Of a DNA stretch of 64,000 nucleotides, positions 12,989-26,971 are shown in pieces. Within the stretch, counting starts at the first letter, position 1, and each line of letters begins with the position of its first letter. The translations under genes and the position numbers were made by a program. This DNA comes from the human T2T-CHM13v2.0 reference genome, Homo sapiens, in the NCBI RefSeq assembly GCF_009914755.1, contig NC_060929.1. One strand, 5' to 3'. The notes under the pieces were generated by a model. The model saw only the letters and a list, made by a program, of their open reading frames with translations, made no database searches and was not told the origin of the DNA.

Positions 12989-13814
12989 CTACGGAAAATT
13001 AAAGCACAATTATATTTAATCATTACAACATGCATTACTTTTCTGAATTGATTTTTAAAGGACATTTAATAGTAAATTAATTAGATGTATATCAGAAGCT
13101 CATATTTTATATTTTATTAAAACTTTAATGTGGAGAATCTAAAAAATATTACTGAGACACATGGTTGCAACTTGTATCTGTTAAGTTACAGATCTGAAAA
13201 TGCTGCCCTTAATCATGTCTTTTTAAAATTACAGGAATGTTCTACCATACGTTTGAGTGCTTTCCGTTTCTCCTTTGTAACTCTGCTGAATATTCAGATA
13301 TAGTAAATCGGCAATATGCCAAAAAGAATAAACATAACACTGTAGGACATCTTTAAATATTATTAGCAAGAGAGGGCTTTTAAAAAGAATGAAGTTAAAT
13401 GTCAAGCACACAAATGCCAACTCTGGTCTGAAGCCCACGGTTTTCAATTTCTTAAGCAATTTAACAAAAAAGGGTGAGGAAAGGAAAGATATGTACGTTA
13501 CAATATTTGGATCTGCACAGAGCAAGATATTCAGTTTATCTCAGTGGAGAAATGGTTCTGGAAAATAATTCAAGGGGTGCATGAACAGGGCAGCTTTAAA
13601 CAGCCAAATGAAATACATTGAAACCAAAAACATGCTTTTTGGTGGTGTCAACTGGATTGGAGTATTACTGGGCTCTCATATGTATTTGCGAAGACCTGGG
13701 TCACACATTCTTTTCTCTAATTTAACAGAAAGTTTACAGAACATAAAAGTAATATTTTCCTATTACATTTTCCCAAATTTAGTATTACTATGTATCAGAC
13801 CTTGAAACACTTTT

Positions 13815-13858
13815 CCCTCTGTCTCTCTCTCTCTCGCACCCACAAACACACACACACA
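13815..13858. repeat. (CT)n/(CA)n compound microsatellite
   Basis: ctctgtctctctctctctcgcacccacaaacacacacacaca, about 110 bp downstream of the exon 10 donor. Confidence 0.85.
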
Positions 13859-13967
13859 TGTGCAAGTGTGTTCATACAACCCTTTTGAAAAATTAAAATT
13901 ATGTTAGATATTATAATGTCACTTGAGGCAGGAAACTAAAGAGTCCACAGGAAAACTGACCACTTAC

Positions 13968-14201
13968 TTAGTCCAGTGATGATAGGTCCCTGTCCCCCGG
14001 CCCCCACACCGGCTCCCCCAACGCCAGGAGAAAAGCCATTGCCTCCAGGGATGGGGATGAAGCCTGTCCCTCCTGGGCCATAGCCATTGCCATTGCCACT
14101 TGGGGCAAAGCCATTTCCCCCAGTGCCTCCAGGTCTGGAACCAGCACTCCCTGGAATTCCTCCCATTGGAAGTCCATCCATGCAAAGTCTGCGATATTCC
14201 T
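13968..14201 (-). CDS. FBN2: FBN2 coding exon (exon 10), end of TB domain plus glycine-rich region, 234 nt, phase 1-1
   Basis: Acceptor tttcttttcttctag|AG, donor CTAA|gtaagt. Translates (E)[77 protein letters not shown]; matches ORF 13936..14181. Confidence 0.97.
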   Translation of the reverse strand, partial: RNIADFAWMDFQWEEFQGVLVPDLEALGEMALPQVAMAMAMAQEGQASSPSLEAMAFLLALGEPVWGPGDRDLSSLD

Positions 14202-15621
14202 CTAGAAGAAAAGAAAGTTGGCATTAAGCACAGGTGAATGTCTTTCTGCATAACAAAAGCCATTGGTACACTGTACTAAGTCACTTTGGGTTACCTATAC
14301 TACACAATATGATTAAGTAGGTTACTATCTCAATACATGTTTTTAATGCTGGCAGTAGCAAGAAAAAGATATAGAAGTTTTAGAAAAAATTTAAAACCTA
14401 TATTGTCACATTATTTTAACTGAGTTGCATAAACAATCATTTACATGTGTATTTTTATTTTATGCACCTAAGTGCAACTCATAAAATTCCAGACATAATT
14501 ATAAATACAGAAAATTTACTTGTACAGATAAAAGTTAAAGCTTTATGCTAATTCATTCTATCTGTATGGTTTTACTTACATTCTCTTCAGCATTATACCT
14601 ATACATTTTTCCTGTCCATTTTTTTTCAGGAGATTAGGTATTAATATTGCTCCAGAATGATATTTTTTTCTAACTTGGATTTTAACGGTAGACAATATCA
14701 AGTAAGCTTTAAAATCTGCTCCTTTTTGTCCAGGTGACAAAGTTGAGTAAAGAGAAGCAAGAAGATAGCAATTGCCTTATTGCCTTAACTGTTTGCAGAC
14801 TTAAGGCACTGTATCAGAAGGAAAAAAAATTATTAATTATATACTACTAGTGGAACTGGGAGAATCCAAAATTATTTACTAGGCATTAATTCTGCCCCTT
14901 TTTGTCTTACTAATAGATTTTGGTATTTTATGACTTAGAGATTTTGTAAGAATGATTAATGTGTCATGATATCTTTTCTGTTAACAGTACATATTGGCAT
15001 AAATATTTGTAAGTATATTTGAAAACTTTAATTATTTTACACGCTTTTAATTCAATGAGAAAATGATAATAGAATTGAATATATTAATATATCTTTATGT
15101 GAGAAACATTAATTTGTACTTTACTACTCATATTACACGTAACAAGAGGAACTACTTCTCATTAACCCTAATTTCCCAATATAGCATCATTTATATGGCA
15201 GTTACCACAGCGTAGTTAATGAGAGCCATCATCATACTCTTGTATGATTAATTTTCAAGATCATGAGAAGAGAGGAAATATCTTCAAGGACTGAGACATT
15301 ATAAGCTGAAGGTATTCCTGAAATAAAGTATAAATGAAGACAGAGTTTTCTTCCTCATAGATATTTGAGCTCTGGATGAAAGATCAGGAGGTTTAAAAAC
15401 TGAATTGAAATACTAACATTCAAAATAATTTAAAAAACAACACTTGCACAAAAACAAGTCAAACAGCTTTCAGGTATTTGTCTGATGTTACTAAATTAGA
15501 TATTATCAAAACTGATCCTAAATAACAATGCTATCACACTCCCCACAAAAACACTCAAGTCATACTGAAAACACACAAAGGAAAACAAATATGACTTGAC
15601 TTCAAGGACAGGAGCAAAATA

Positions 15622-15881
15622 TATACATATATTTTTGAGACAGGGTCTCGCTCTGTCACTCAGGCTGGAGTGCAGTGGCATGATCATGGATGGCTGTAGC
15701 CTCGACAGCCCAAGCTCATGTGATTCTCCCACCTCAGTCCCACAAGTATCTGGGATTACAGGCATGCACCACCATGCCCGGCTAATTTTTGTATTTTTTG
15801 TAGAGACAGGATTTCGCCATGTTGCCCAGGCTGGTTTTGAACTTCTGGACTCAAGCAATCCACCTGCCTTGGTCTCCCAGA
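15622..15881 (-). mobile_element. AluJ-type element, 5'-truncated, with 10-bp TSD
   Basis: Reverse-complement Alu body; gagcaaaata flanks both sides (15612-15621, 15882-15891). Confidence 0.93.
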
Positions 15882-15954
15882 GAGCAAAATACAGTACTGC
15901 TACTAATTTTCCTAACACTGTCTGTGCTGAGGAGACTAACAGCCAGCCACGTAC

Positions 15955-16107
15955 CAGAACCTCTGACAGGACAGGCTTCAGGAATGGTTCCGATGCCCCA
16001 GCAGCGGCCAGGCTCACAGCAGCACTGCATTTTCGTCATTCTCCCCGGGAGCTCTTGTGCACAGCGGCCATTCACCAGGCCCGAGAAACACATGCCTGTT
16101 CTCTGAT
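15955..16107 (-). CDS. FBN2: FBN2 coding exon (exon 9), TB / 8-cysteine domain, 153 nt, phase 1-1
   Basis: Acceptor tacatgcacag|AT, donor TCTG|gtacgt. Translates (D)[50 protein letters not shown] with the CCC triplet of TB domains; matches ORF 15851..16093. Confidence 0.97.
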
Positions 16108-16469
16108 CTGTGCATGTATAAATAAGACAGAAGATATGGCAGAATTACCTCAGGTTCTTACAACAATCACTGTACATGAGATGAATGTAGGTGAAGTGAC
16201 TCATACCACTTAATCTCTGTTATCTATTCCTTTCTTCACTCTCTTAATATCTCAGACATTCATTGAGCCAGGGACAGAACAATGAAAGACGTGGAGCAGA
16301 TAGGAGGACAGACTGCAGTAAGAAGCTAAAGTCAGGCAATTCTGAAGCTTGAAGGAAAGCAACAACCCAGTCCCAATCCTCAGCCTGGAGATGCGCACTG
16401 TTGTATGTCACTGTGATTTTGTGGTTGTCTGTAATGCAGCAACATCTGACTGATGATTTTATAAAAGTT

Positions 16470-17230
16470 GATCAGATGCAACCTGAAACAGTGACATTTG
16501 AGAAGGCAGCTGACTAAAATGAGGGCATGAGCCATGGAAGTATCTGAGGAAAGAGCAGCTTCTGAGGAAGAAGAGAATGTGCTTCATGTGTGTGAAGAAA
16601 GATGGGCCACTATGACTAGAGAACAGCATGTGGAAGGGAAAGTGCAGGAGCATGAGCTCAGAGAGACAGCAGAGGCTATCATGGATGGTCCTATAGGCCA
16701 TTAGGAAAGGACCTTGGGATTTCACTTGGATTTCGAGTGGAGGGTTTGGAGATTTCCTGGATGGTTACAATGAGAGAAGACAATGGTTTACATTTTTAAG
16801 AAGATCTCTTTGGCTGCGATGAGAACTGACTGTAGCCAGAGCACAGAGACCAGTGAGGAGGACACTGAAGACATTCAGGTGAGAGATGATGGTGGCTTTG
16901 ATGAGGGTGGCAGCAGTGGAGATGATGAGGCTGAGCAGAGGGCAGACATGTTTTGAAGGTACAGCCAATGGGAACTTGCTTGGGTGTGGGGTATGGAAGA
17001 AAGAGAGTCTTAGACATTTCCTAAGTTTTTGACTTACACAGCTGAGATGGGGATGGCGAGGGAAGAAACGGGATTAGAGAACACAAGACAAGGCTCCTCT
17101 TTAAAACATGTTATATTTGGAATGTTGAATAAATGAGCCTGGAATGCAGAAGCATAGTCAGGCTGAACATATATATCTGTGAATTGTCAGTGTATATATG
17201 TCATTCTAAGCCAGAGCCAGATGAGACAGT
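16470..17230 (-). mobile_element. L2 LINE fragment
   Basis: Purine-rich reverse L2 motifs (agatctctttggctgc, caggtgagagatgatggtggctt, gctgagatggggat). Confidence 0.75.
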
Positions 17231-18429
17231 TTCAAGAACTAGGGAAAACTGACTGTGCCAAACTAGATATTGAGAGGCAAAATAAGGTGACCACTCAGAG
17301 GTAAGCACAGTTTGGCAGGAGTGCTATGGTAAAGAGTCTGTGCATTATCCAGTAGGATTTGATGTAAGGAAGTGACATGATCAAATATGACTGTAATAGA
17401 GGTCAATCTGATAGCAGAATACACAATGGATCAAAATGATCAGATAAAGGCTAGAAGACAGGTTATGATGATTGCAAAAGACTGCATAAAATGCAAAGTT
17501 GCATAGGGATAAATTATCAATATCATCTGTAAACTTTATGGGTTATAACTGAAACTGCCTTTATAGTAACCAATGGAAAAAACTGTGAGCTTCATTAACA
17601 ACATATTATTCAACCCTATCAAGATGCTTTCAAAGTTGTTTTGTCTATGATCACAAGAAGAAAGATGTACCACAGCAATCAGGATCTGCATATCAATAAT
17701 GAAGATGAAACTGTTAATTGCTTATAATTCCATTAACAGGTAAAGTTAAAATTTTTAGCACTGGATACAGAGTTTAAAGTAAGCACATTATGTCCTCTAA
17801 TGGCCCATATATAGCATGCCTCAGATTGCTTTTAAGCTATCATAAAATAAATGAATTACCTTTAAGATACTCTGTATAAGAATCGAACAACTCCTTCTAT
17901 TTCTCCCCAAAATCCCAGTAAGACCCAAAACCGAGCACTAAATGTGATGTATGCACACATAATTAAAGGCACTGCAGAAATTTCAAAAACTTGAGTTGGA
18001 TTTGGACAGGCTGTCATTAGGAATAATTTCACAACTAAGTTTCTATTCCTAAGAATAATCACAGGAAACAATTTTTGGAATATTCATTTTATGAACCCGA
18101 AGTATCATATACTACCTCCTCAAGGCCAGGATGTAAATTAAAATAAGAAAGTTCCAAACTCTTAACAATAATCACTAACGTTATAAAACACAATCAGTGC
18201 TACAAGTTAGGATGAATATATTTATCTCTTCAAGGCTTCTACAAGAAGGAGGTTGTAATATAGAATTTGAAAACGAAACAACAAAAAACAAAACCATAGC
18301 CTTGAGTCAAGAGACCTAGTTTTACATTCAAATATTATTAATTGTTCGATTTTCAACCGTATTTAACTCTTCTTCTGTACAGAACATGGTTGGTGGGAGA
18401 ATGAAATAAAACAACATATGCTCTATTTC

Positions 18430-21400
18430 TTGCAGCTTTCATGGTGAATTAGCTACCCTGAATGTTCCTCTCAATTAAAATATCCTGGATAAAATGTGAA
18501 AAAATATTTAAAAACACATCATCCAGCTCGCATGAAATGAAGGATAAAACAGAGTCCCTAAATGAGGTGAAATGAGAATCTTAGGAGGTATTTGAACAAC
18601 TAATTTCACCTTTAGGCTACTATTAAACTCCGGAGACTGTGAATTTCAACTCTGATAGTTTCACAGTGCCCGGGGCATAAGACATAAAAAGCCCAGATTC
18701 CACTCTCCCCCAATACATAACAGAAAACTCCCTCGTAAGGTAGGGTTCCAAAGAGCCATATGCTTAGTTTATGGATATAGTATATGGATAAGGTAATGGA
18801 GGCAACTAAGAAACTTGCCTGTCTCTACCTTGATGCTCTGTGGAGGAAAAAAAAAAGATCTCTCTTAAGAATCTGTAACCACAAGGTCTTCCTCACATCA
18901 ATAGCTTTGATGCCTCAATTCATAGTAGGTTTTTGGTCTGAAGAACTTCAAAGGAAGAATATAACGTAAAGAGGTTCTCAGGTTAGAGACACTCCAAGCA
19001 ACTCACAAGAGCCAACACAATTAGAGGACCTAATATTAATGAAAGTCTCAAAAAATTCTCATAAAGTTCCTAGAAAAAAGAGCTGCTAACAGGAAAATAC
19101 ATTAATAACACACTAAGGAACAAAAACTAGTTAAGTAACCAGTATATTTTTGATATTGAAATGGTCAGATCAATTCTGACAATTATTATTTTAAATTATT
19201 AATAATTAAATATTAATTAATAACTAAATTATATTTAATATATTTAAAGCAATTCAAGTCTGAAGACATGAACAAGGGGAAAAGGCCCATAAACAATGAA
19301 TAGGAACAGACTTAAAAGAGATCAAACTTCTATAAATGAAATGAAATAAAGTATCTGACAAATACATTACACAAGTGTATTGCACATGGATAAAGAAAAT
19401 TACTGAGTTGGCAGATATATATGAATATATTATCTTCAATTAGCACATAGAGACAAAGACACTGAAACGTTAAAAAGAGGTTAAGAAATATGAAGGTGAG
19501 AATGAAAAGCTAATTAGATGTACACCTGTGTACATCTGATATGGTTTGGCTGTGTCCCCACCCAAATCTCATCGTGAATTCCCACATGTTGTGGGAGGGA
19601 CCTGGTGGGAGGTAACTGAATCACGGGGGCAGGACTTTCCTGTGCTGTTCTTGTGATAGTGAATAAGTCTCAAGAGATCTGATAGTTTTAAAAACAGGAG
19701 TTTCCCTGCACAAGCTCTTCTCTGGTCTGCCACCACGTGAGTCGTGCCTTTCACCTTGCACCATGAATGTGAGGCCTCCCCAGCCATATGGAACTGTAAG
19801 TCCAATAAATCTCTGTCTTCTGTAAATTGCCCAGTCTCGGGTATGTCTTTATCAGCAGCATGAAAACAGACTAATACAACATGTAATAAGAGTACTAGGA
19901 AGAGTAATAAGCAGAATGGGAAAGAAGCAGTATTTAATGGATACTAACTTAGAACTTTCTAGCAATGTTGTAAGACCTCAGATATAAGAAGTCCAATACA
20001 TTCAAAGTAGGAAAAATAAACAGAGATACACAATTAGCCATACCACTGTGAAACTGCAGAACTACAAAGGTAAAGATCTTAAAAATAGGTGGAAAAACAA
20101 GACAGATCACCTGCTGAGAAACGGTATTTTAAAAAAATAAATTGCTGACTTTTTGGCAGCACCAATGGATGCCAGAACACAATGAAATAATATCTTAGTA
20201 TACTCTGATAAAATAACTGTCAACTTAAAATTCTGTACTGTGATAAATCATGTTTGCAGAGGGCAAATTAAGGTAATTTTCAAGAAAACAAAACCAGAGT
20301 TTTCTACCAAGAGTTTTTTTGATAAACAAAATGTTGAAAGAGGCACTTCAGGCAAAAGAAAAAGATCCCAATGGAAGGTTTGAGATGCAGGAAGAAATGA
20401 TGAGCAAAAAATATTAAATAAGTGGGTAAATCTAAATAAGTACTAACATATTAAACAATAATGATTAAGTTGTCACACATAGGAATGGCAATATACTAGA
20501 TTTTAAAAAGTTGTGAGGGGAAGATCAAAGTTTAACCACTTAAATATTCTTTTATTATTTATATATAGGCAAACATACAGGTAATTTTAAATATGCATCT
20601 TAAAACAGCTAGGATAGCCACTGAAGCAACAGAAATAAAGTACATAACTTCTTAACAAATAGGAGAAAGAGAATCGAGTTCACGGCAGCAGGTCGGGGGG
20701 ATCCTGAACAAATCTAAAAGAAACCAAGAAAGGAGAAAAAAATACAAAAAAAGTAAGATAAGTAGGAAGCACAAGGACTATGGTAAAAATAAAAACAAAT
20801 ATATCAGTAATATAATAAATACACATGGATTTAAATCTCAACTGAAGAGACAAAGATTTACAGACTGTAAAAATAAAACAAAAAATAGATATAGGCTGTT
20901 TAAAAGAAATGCATTTAAAACATAAGGAAGAGGAAAGATTGAGAGGGAAAATACATAGTAGGTATATACTTAAAGCTTCTGCTACCAGAAGCTTTATTTT
21001 TTGGTTTATTTTGTGATACAAAACAAACCAGAGTATACTAAGATATTTTGTGATACAAAATAAACCAAAAGAAAATATTTAGAAATAGACCACAAATAAA
21101 GAAAAAAAAATAGAGTCAATACATAATTTTAAAACGGTTCAATTCACCAGGAAAATATGGCAGATACTTTTAAACATTTATCACTTATAGCATAAGATCA
21201 AACTATATAAAATAAAAAATTACTAGACTACATGGAGAAACTGAGAAATCTACCTCCACAGTGGAATATTTACATGACTTTTTCAGTAATAGATATAGTA
21301 GACAAAATTCTGTAGGTACAAAGAAAATTTGAATAGTACAGTTGTTTGATCTAATGGATATATCTACAATCTGGCACCCATCAATTGGAGAACACCCATC

Positions 21401-21600
21401 TTTTTCAAGTCCATAGGGAAGATTTATAAAAATAAATCATTTGTTAAACCATGAAGCAAATACTGTACCAGAATATTTCCAAGAATTGGTATCAACTGGT
21501 AATATTCTTGGACCACAATGTATGAAATGAAGTTGGAAATCAATAACAAAATAAACAAGAAAACATCCTATACTTCTAAACAATTCATGGACCAAATACA
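18430..21600 (+). mobile_element. Old L1M element (5' region, ORF1 and start of ORF2 remnants) interrupted by THE1B
   Basis: A-rich L1 motifs: gtgaaactgcagaactacaaagg, aaataactgtcaacttaaaattct, ggttcaattcaccaggaa, gaccacaatg. Confidence 0.75.
19537..19878 (+). mobile_element. THE1B solo LTR (ERVL-MaLR)
   Basis: tgatatggtttggctgtgtccccacccaaatctc...gactaataca; near-match 5-bp TSD acatc/acatg. Confidence 0.92.
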
Positions 21601-21640
21601 GTAACACATTTTATACATAAGGTAATATGTATAAAAATGC

Positions 21641-21994
21641 TGATATGGTTTGGTTGTGTCCCCACCCAAATCTCAACTTGAATTGTATCTCCCAGAATTC
21701 CCACATGTGGTGGGAGGGACCCAGAGGGAGGTAACTGAATAATGGGGGCCGGTCTTTCCCATGCTATTCTCATGGTAGTGACTAAGTCTCACAAGATCTG
21801 ATGGGTTTATCGGTGGTTTCTGCTTTTGCTTCTTCCTCATTTTCTCCTGCTGCTGCCATGTAAGAAGTGCCTTTCACCTCCTGCCCTGATTCTGAGGCCT
21901 TCCCAGCCATGTGGAACTGTAAGTCCAATTAAACCTCTTTTTCTTCCAAGTCTCTGGTATGTCTTTCTCAGCAGTGAGAAAACAGACTAATATA
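21641..21994 (+). mobile_element. THE1A solo LTR (ERVL-MaLR)
   Basis: tgatatggtttgg...ctcaacttgaattgtatctcccagaattccc...gactaatata; TSD aatgc/aatgt. Confidence 0.92.
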
Positions 21995-22333
21995 AATGTC
22001 AATCAAAATGTTGCAAGTACTTATCAGGAATCCATTCTATACCAATCCCCAGACTTTGGGAGTATGCAATGATATTGAGAGGGGTTCACAAATGCATATT
22101 TTCATTGAACACTGCAATGTAACACTTAACAGTTTATTGGCACTACCATGATTCACATTTATGAATATGCCACTATAGCTAATAAAATCCAAATTCATTT
22201 ATCATTATTACTAAATATCCAAGAACATTTTCATTATGTATGCTCTCACGAATATTAAATTATCATAATGTGAGGATCTGAAGTACATTTTTTATGTTAA
22301 AGAGAGGTCTTTAAATTAAAAAAATTAATAGCT

Positions 22334-22637
<304 letters not shown>

Positions 22638-25600
22638 CCATTGTTCTACACAGTTTGGAAACCTCTGGTCAGTCCTGTAATACATGTACTGAAGGAAACT
22701 AAGTCATAGGTGAGAGGGTAGAGAGGCAGCAACAGAGGACTGCAAAGTAAATTGTAACTTTTTTCATAAATTCTACAATTAGCTTTTTCTAGTAACAAAA
22801 AGGAGGCAGGCAACCTACTTCTCATTTCTTGAGCCAAAACCTACCAGGATGAGACATACACTGGTGTAGCATCTCACAGTTAAGGTCTCCAAAAAGGCAT
22901 ATTTCAAAGCAAATCAGAGGCTGGGAATTACCTCTCTTTCCTTTGTATGAAATTTCATGGCCCTTAGAAAGCACTGTATTAAAAAATGTATCATGTGGAA
23001 AAATATTTGAAATAAAAAAGAGGCACCTGTTAGAAACAAGAGTTGTCCAGGCACACTATTCCTTGAAACAGGGAATCATTAGGGGCAAAGCCAGATGAAA
23101 GCCTGTAAAAACAAAATCCCTCTAATGCTTGCTATATGTTTAACTGTAGAACCAATGTGTCCTAAGTAATGAAAACAAGTCTATTCCTCTAATCATTTTC
23201 TATCGCCCTTACTACATTTCCTGAACAAGGCTTACAAGGAGTCATATTTACAGTCACACCGAGAAACAGGAAGTAATTCATCTCCTCTGATTAAAATATA
23301 AATCTATTTTGAAACGTAATAAAGGTACACTTATCAGAGTTTGTTTCATAGCTTGACATTTTGTGTAAACTTGATTTAAGAGAACTAATGGTTAATTATA
23401 CAATGTGATGAAAACTTGGCAAAAATTGGGGATTGTATGTTGAAATAAATGTCTCCTGTGGAATTAGGTTTGCTCATTAAGAAATGAAGGGTTCAGCCAG
23501 AAAACACCAATGAGATTAGCCCAGGTCAGAACAATAGTGATAGACAGTAGGTGTTCGGTAAATAGCAGCCATTGTCTCATGCTTGTCTCCTGAGACTGGA
23601 TGCCTGCACTCACCTCTTTGATGGTCTGGTTCCAGCCTGGGCTCCCCTTGATTGATTTTGCGGATTCTTACTATTCCTAAAATACTTTCATGTTTACATT
23701 GTTTAAGAGTAACTATAGAACTAGGAGCAATGAAAAGGAACCACTGTGGATCCCAGGTTTATTTCTTCCTTTAAAATAGTGAATGACGGGCTTCTTCCTC
23801 ACTGTAAGGAAAACTTCTCCTTCTAACACACTTCTTCCTTTCTTAATTAAAACTGATATCCTCATACTCTTTCATTTCTGGTTCCCTCTTTAGTTAAATA
23901 ATTTTGGGTTCTCCAAGTGTTTTGTTTCAAATGCACACATGCATGTGGAATCAACAGCCAGCGTTACATAGAGTGCTGTGTAATACATAAATAATTCTGT
24001 ACCTTGCCCTTTTCTTGAAAAAGGAAAAAAAAAACCCATATACTGGTCATCACTTCTGCCTCAAACTTTCTTTTATATTGGTATTATATTTTTTCACATT
24101 ATGTTTTCAGGTTTTGTTTTTTCAAGAATACTCCACAGCAGTATTGTGCACTAACACGTTTGGAAAGCTTGAGGAAATGCCTTAGCATGCTGTGGCACCA
24201 TCATATTACTGGAAGAATTTCTAAATGCTTAATCCCATTTTCTGAACTTAACTGGCCCTTTTGGGTCCCTGTGCTTAGGGTCCTTTCTCACCCTGTGTAC
24301 ACAATAGCAGCAGACACATTATCCTGCACACAGAAGTTGCTCACTGCTCTTTGCCAACGCGTTATTTATTGCTGGCTGCCAGCCATTCTTCTGTGCCTAT
24401 ATAACAATGTGCAAATTAGGTATTAATCATTCCTTGGACATGACCATGACAGTTACTTCCAAAATGACTTAAGGCTTATTAAGTAGTGCTATTTAAAACG
24501 CTTTTTAGAGAAATATTATTAGGTACGTTTTAACTCCTTTTTTTTTTGGAACTGGCACATGTTAGTGCTCTATGCTAAAAAACAGTTCTTTCCTGGATAT
24601 ATAAAAAGATGATTAAACACACTAGATAGATAAACAAATCAGAAATTTGACTTTTATATTTAGTATACAATGAAAGCGGAAAATTATCGTGTCTTATAAT
24701 TAAATTGCCTGGTTAAACTCTCCTACCATGTGAAACTGTTTTCCAGCACACAAAAGAAATAGGATCAAGTTTACTGATGCTTTGTCATGTGGTATACACT
24801 CAGAATATCTGTGTTAACTAGAATAAGAAATTAAGACAAAATTCAGCAAATGTCACTTTCAGCACATGTGAGCTCTCAGAATAAAGCTGCAGATAACACG
24901 CAGTTTAGTATTAAAAAGAGCTTTAAGTTCATCCAACTCTTTATTAGCATACATGTGGTTAGAAAATAAATAGCGTGCAAATATCTCCAACATATATAAT
25001 TCAACCAAATAAATTCAATCTGAGAAAATACAGACTCAGAATTTTAGAAATCAAAGATCTCGTACACATTAATATGTTAGATTAATTTTTTCTCATGTAT
25101 GGAAAACACATACTTATTCCAAATGTAACATAGTTATTCAAAACATTTTTAAGCTGCTTACTTAATTATAACACTGGTTTTGTAATTCTGGAGAGCCATT
25201 CTCCCTTCCCTAGAGACCTTCCTTTGTTCCTAGTGTTCAGGATGTTGATAGTGAAATGAATGGGACTCCTGGTTAGTGCAGGACTTAGCTTTCCGAACCT
25301 CAAGTTAGCTCTTGCTTTATGAGCATCCAGGACCGTAATTCAGTGGCACGACATCATGTCCAAAGAGATGCCAAAGGCTGCAAGGCCGCTATAATCAACA
25401 TGAAGTTCTTACATTCAATATCATCTCATTCATTCATTTGCTGGTTTTCCTGTTCATTCAGAAAAGATTTACTCAGCACAAACTTCTATGCAAGATGCCT
25501 ATTACATAAAGCCCAGGGTCCATGAAGCTGCATAAGACAGGGCCTAACAAAGCCCACAGTCTAGCCAGTGAGTAACGCAGAAGTACCTGTGACAATGCAG

Positions 25601-25664
25601 TAAACCCTAAAATGAAGCAAATGAAAACATATTTCATTTCATTTCAAAATGGTGGGGCTGATTA

Positions 25665-26040
<376 letters not shown>

Positions 26041-26971
26041 GAAAAGTGATACCTATTTTGGGACTTAAAGGGTGAGCTGGATTTTAATGAGCATAGAAGG
26101 GGAAAAACAAGATGCTTCGGGCAGAGGGGGTACTGCTGGCAAAGGCATGGCAGTGTGGTCTTGTACAACAATGAGGGAAATACAAGTGTGAGGTGGCAAG
26201 TGGTTAGAGATGACTCAGGAATACAGGTTAGGTAAGGCTTTGAATGTTCAGGTAGAGACTTAGGACTTTATAACATAAGGAGGCAAGAGATAAAAAGAGT
26301 TTATCATAATTTTTTGGTAAATCAAAACTCTCCTCTAAGAAAACCCACCTTAGTAAATCATTAGGTACGTTGGTCTTATCTGAATAAAATGAGGATTCAT
26401 GCTTCTTTTCCAATGCAGAACAAAAATATGAATGCAAGTTTTGTTTGACTAGAGAAAGATTTTGAAATGTAAGTGAGTAAATAAAAAGAAGTAATTTAGA
26501 AATGGGGAATAAAACGCTGAAACTTGTTTTGGCAATTCTACCTCATAACTAGTTTCATTTCTCTCTATTCTCAAGCCCCCAACCCTGCATTACAATTTGT
26601 TCTCAAAAGCCTTCAATTACTCCACATTGATTACCAAATAAAATACATGTGCTGTATTTGGTATTTCCAGAACTTCACAATAATAACCTCACTTCCTTCT
26701 CCAGGCATATTTCTTCTAGCAATATTCTAGGAGACAAGTTTCCGGAAGCCAGGTTCTACAGCACCCAGACAACAGTGTTCAATGACGACTCCCACGGCGA
26801 CGTTTCTCCTAAAGAGTTGAATCTATACCTATTCCAAGCTGATTATTTTGTGTTCGCATATGCACGTGTGCATAAACATATTATTTTCCTATAGAGTTCA
26901 AGAAAATCAAGCCAGATGTAGGTAGTTGCACTAATTTTCAACTCTCATAGAAAGCTGACAGCCAAATTATA

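Noticed and set aside
13964-14263. Two extra open frames overlapping exon 10 (possible dual coding)
   Set aside because: Explained by the GC/Gly-codon richness of the exon; only one frame is continuous with the flanking exons.
15496-16213. Longest ORFs in the track (205 aa plus, 173 aa minus)
   Set aside because: Chimeras of Alu translation with the antisense or alternate frame of FBN2 exon 9; typical Alu-derived pseudo-proteins.
19180-19250. Nearly pure A/T self-complementary stretch
   Set aside because: Low-complexity sequence inside an old L1; no specific structure supportable.
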